DNA of 64,000 bases, the filler included, from Vicugna vicugna (lineage: Eukaryota): assembly GCA_013265495.1 (NCBI GenBank). It is 81 parts of 78 records of this genome, joined end to end, with 100 filler letters (N's around TTAATTAATTAA, not from the genome) between each part and the next. Parts side by side here need not be neighbours in the genome. Positions count along the whole stretch, not along the records: positions 61,202 to 61,700 come from MU058679.1; positions 61,801 to 62,724 come from MU058680.1; positions 62,825 to 63,757 come from PNXW01005678.1; positions 63,858 to 64,000 come from MU058749.1; 77 more parts are not named here. One strand, written 5' to 3'. Below the pieces are notes generated by a model that searched no databases, had not been told where the DNA came from, and worked only from the letters and a program-made list of their open reading frames with translations. The translations under genes were made by a program, and so were the position numbers. How positions within the stretch are numbered: position 1 is the stretch's first letter; each line of letters starts with the position of its first letter. Positions 61,685 to 64,000 of the stretch are shown here, in pieces.

Positions 61685-62824
61685 GTTCCAGGTGAGAACG
61701 NNNNNNNNNNNNNNNNNNNNNNNNNNNNNNNNNNNNNNNNNNNNTTAATTAATTAANNNNNNNNNNNNNNNNNNNNNNNNNNNNNNNNNNNNNNNNNNNN
61801 TAAAGAGATAAAAGACACAGTCCCTGCTTCCAGGAGCTCCTGGGTTCACAGGAGTCATCGGAAATGATGGCTGAGGAGGCGTGTTAAGAGACCTTGGATA
61901 AAAGTCAGCAGAGGGTGCTCGGGGCAGAGAGCCGGAACTGTAGCCAAGGCTCTCCCAGAGGAGGGAAGCACTGCGGTGAGTTCTGAGATGCCCTAGAAGT
62001 GATCAGGTGAAGGTATAATATTAAGGCCATTTCTCCCTNNNNNNNNNNNNNNNNNNNNNNNNNNNNNNNNNNNNNNNNNNNNNNNNNNNNNNNNNNNNNN
62101 NNNNNNNNNNNNNNNNNNNNNNNNNNNNNNNNNNNNNNNNNNNNNNNNNNNNNNNNNNNNNNNNNNNNNNNNNNNNNNNNNNNNNNNNNNNNNNNNNNNN
62201 NNNNNNNNNNNNNNNNNNNNNNNNNNNNNNNNNNNNNNNNNNNNNNNNNNNNNNNNNNNNNNNNNNNNNNNNNNNNNNNNNNNNNNNNNNNNNNNNNNNN
62301 NNNNNNNNNNNNNNNNNNNNNNNNNNNNNNNNNNNNNNNNNNNNNNNNNNNNNNNNNNNNNNNNNNNNNNNNNNNNNNNNNNNNNNNNNNNNNNNNNNNN
62401 NNNNNTGCCATTCCCTGAAATAAGAAGGGCAGGAAGAGGGGCAAGTCATGAGAGGAGACAACTGATTCAGTTCTGGCTGGGTGCCTGTGGGCTCCAGGAG
62501 AGATGTCCAGTAGGCAAATAAACGTCTAGAAATCGAGAGAAAGTTCTAGGCTGAAACAAGTAGTTTTCCTGTTTCAAGAGGCTAATGAGTTTGAGTGGAC
62601 AAGTCAGGAGAACAGGTATGGAGGGGTAACTCTCACCCTCCTGCACATGGGAAGCAACTGGGAGCCTTTAAAACATTGTGTCCCAGACTGGAGTGGGGCC
62701 TTTGTACTGTTTATTGTTTTTTAANNNNNNNNNNNNNNNNNNNNNNNNNNNNNNNNNNNNNNNNNNNNTTAATTAATTAANNNNNNNNNNNNNNNNNNNN
62801 NNNNNNNNNNNNNNNNNNNNNNNN

Positions 62825-63310
62825 TTTTATTGTGTCTTGTCTTATGTTTAAGTCTTTGATCCATTTGGAATTTGTTTCTGTGTATAGTGTGATGGACTGT
62901 TTTAGCTTCATTGATTTACAGGCTGCTGTCTAGTATTCCCAACACCATTTGCTGAAGAGACTGTCTTTATTCCATTGTCTTTTCTTGCCTCCTTTGTTGA
63001 AGATTTGTTGACCAAAACTTTGTGGGATCATTTCTGAGCTCTTTATTTTTTCCATTGGTCCATATGTGTGATTTTGAACGAATACCATGCTCTTTTGATG
63101 CCTGTAACTCTATAGGATTGTCTGAAGTCTGAGAGGATTTTTCCTCCATCCTATTTTTCCTCCATCCTCTTACTTTTTCTTAAGTAATTCTTTGGAAATT
63201 CTAGGTCTTCTATGGTTCCATATAAATTTGATTATGATTTGTTCTACTTCTATGAACTATGTCCTAGGTAATTTGATAGGGATTGCATTAAATCTGTAGA
63301 TTGCCCTCTG
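62825..63310 (-). mobile_element. LINE-1 ORF2 fragment
   Basis: TTTAAGTCTTTGATCCATTT, CCAACACCATTTGCTGAAGAGACTGTC, TTTGATAGGGATTGCATTAAATCTGTAGATTGC. Confidence 0.92.
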
Positions 63311-63857
63311 TAATACAGGTCTGGGGTTGGGGCTCAGCACCCCATGGCAAGGGCATGGAGCAGGGGCCAGCCAGCTTCCACACTGGTACAAGGCTGTCAG
63401 TGTCCGAGGGCCACAGGAGGATGGGGAGCGAGTCCGGGCACTGCAGAAGCGGGAGGCCTCCAGATGTGCAGTCTGTGCAGGGGCTCTGTTTTCTGGGAGG
63501 GGGCGGGGTTGAGGGTGCGCTGGTGGGCGGCACTGCAGACAGGTGATCGCCAGCTGAGGCTGCTGAGTGGCTTAGGCACAGCGTTCTGGGCCTGTGGCTG
63601 GGACAGGCGCCACAGGCTAGTCTCACGAATCCTATACTGCCTCCCTGTGGCCTATGGCCAAAATTGCAGGATAACTATTCCTCCCGCCGTGTTTCCCCAG
63701 GACTCTCTCAGTTTAACATGGTACTCACTTTAGAAGAGAAATACTTAAAGAAATTGTNNNNNNNNNNNNNNNNNNNNNNNNNNNNNNNNNNNNNNNNNNN
63801 NTTAATTAATTAANNNNNNNNNNNNNNNNNNNNNNNNNNNNNNNNNNNNNNNNNNNN

Positions 63858-64000
63858 AAATGTAACTGATTTTTGAACGTTAATCTTGTAACCTGTGACC
63901 TTGCTGAATTCTTCGATCTGCTGTAGTAGTTTTTGTGTAGCCCTTTTAGGGTTTTCTACATATAGTAACATGTCGTTGGCATATAGTGACACTTTTACCT
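63858..64000 (-). mobile_element. LINE-1 RT core fragment with mutated catalytic motif
   Basis: [42 protein letters not shown]; (F/Y)ADD is changed to YAND. Confidence 0.93.

Noticed and set aside
3684..62461. Long ORFs of 150-420 aa
   Set aside because: Made mostly of N gaps (X residues), except the ERV pol frame and a few satellite or low-complexity frames.
452..63857. CRISPR-like array of a repeated 12-mer with variable spacers
   Set aside because: The repeat is embedded in fixed N runs, the spacers are 0.2-1.6-kb mammalian scaffolds, and there are no cas genes.

Overview
This window is not a contiguous locus. It is a concatenation of about 80 tiny (0.2-1.6 kb) unplaced scaffolds from a mammalian draft assembly, joined by a synthetic 100-bp spacer (44 N + TTAATTAATTAA + 44 N), so adjacency across spacers has no biological meaning. 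The host is most likely a camelid (inference from two short tRNA-derived SINEs resembling the camelid vic-1 family, plus cetartiodactyl-type L1 ends). About 38 pieces are satellite DNA in five families, labelled by me: A, an AT-rich ~740-bp trimer of ~247-bp subunits; B, a homogeneous GC/CpG-rich 266-267-bp monomer; C, an (NNNNTTC)n heptamer with a 63-bp second-order unit; D, a homogeneous 249-bp monomer; E, a diverged higher-order array of ~267-bp monomers. D is colinear with the reverse complement of A subunits and E is homologous to B, so these four reduce to two lineages, each with a homogeneous monomeric form and a diverged higher-order form. The rest is L1 fragments, SINEs, LTR pieces, one class I (gamma-like) ERV gag-end/pro/RT fragment with an amber readthrough signal, a CpG island fragment, one candidate coding exon and unannotated unique DNA. 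No complete host gene is present, and nearly all listed ORFs are artefacts of N runs or satellites. I see no evidence for a new protein-encoding system; the most interesting signals are the satellite architecture and the ERV fragment.
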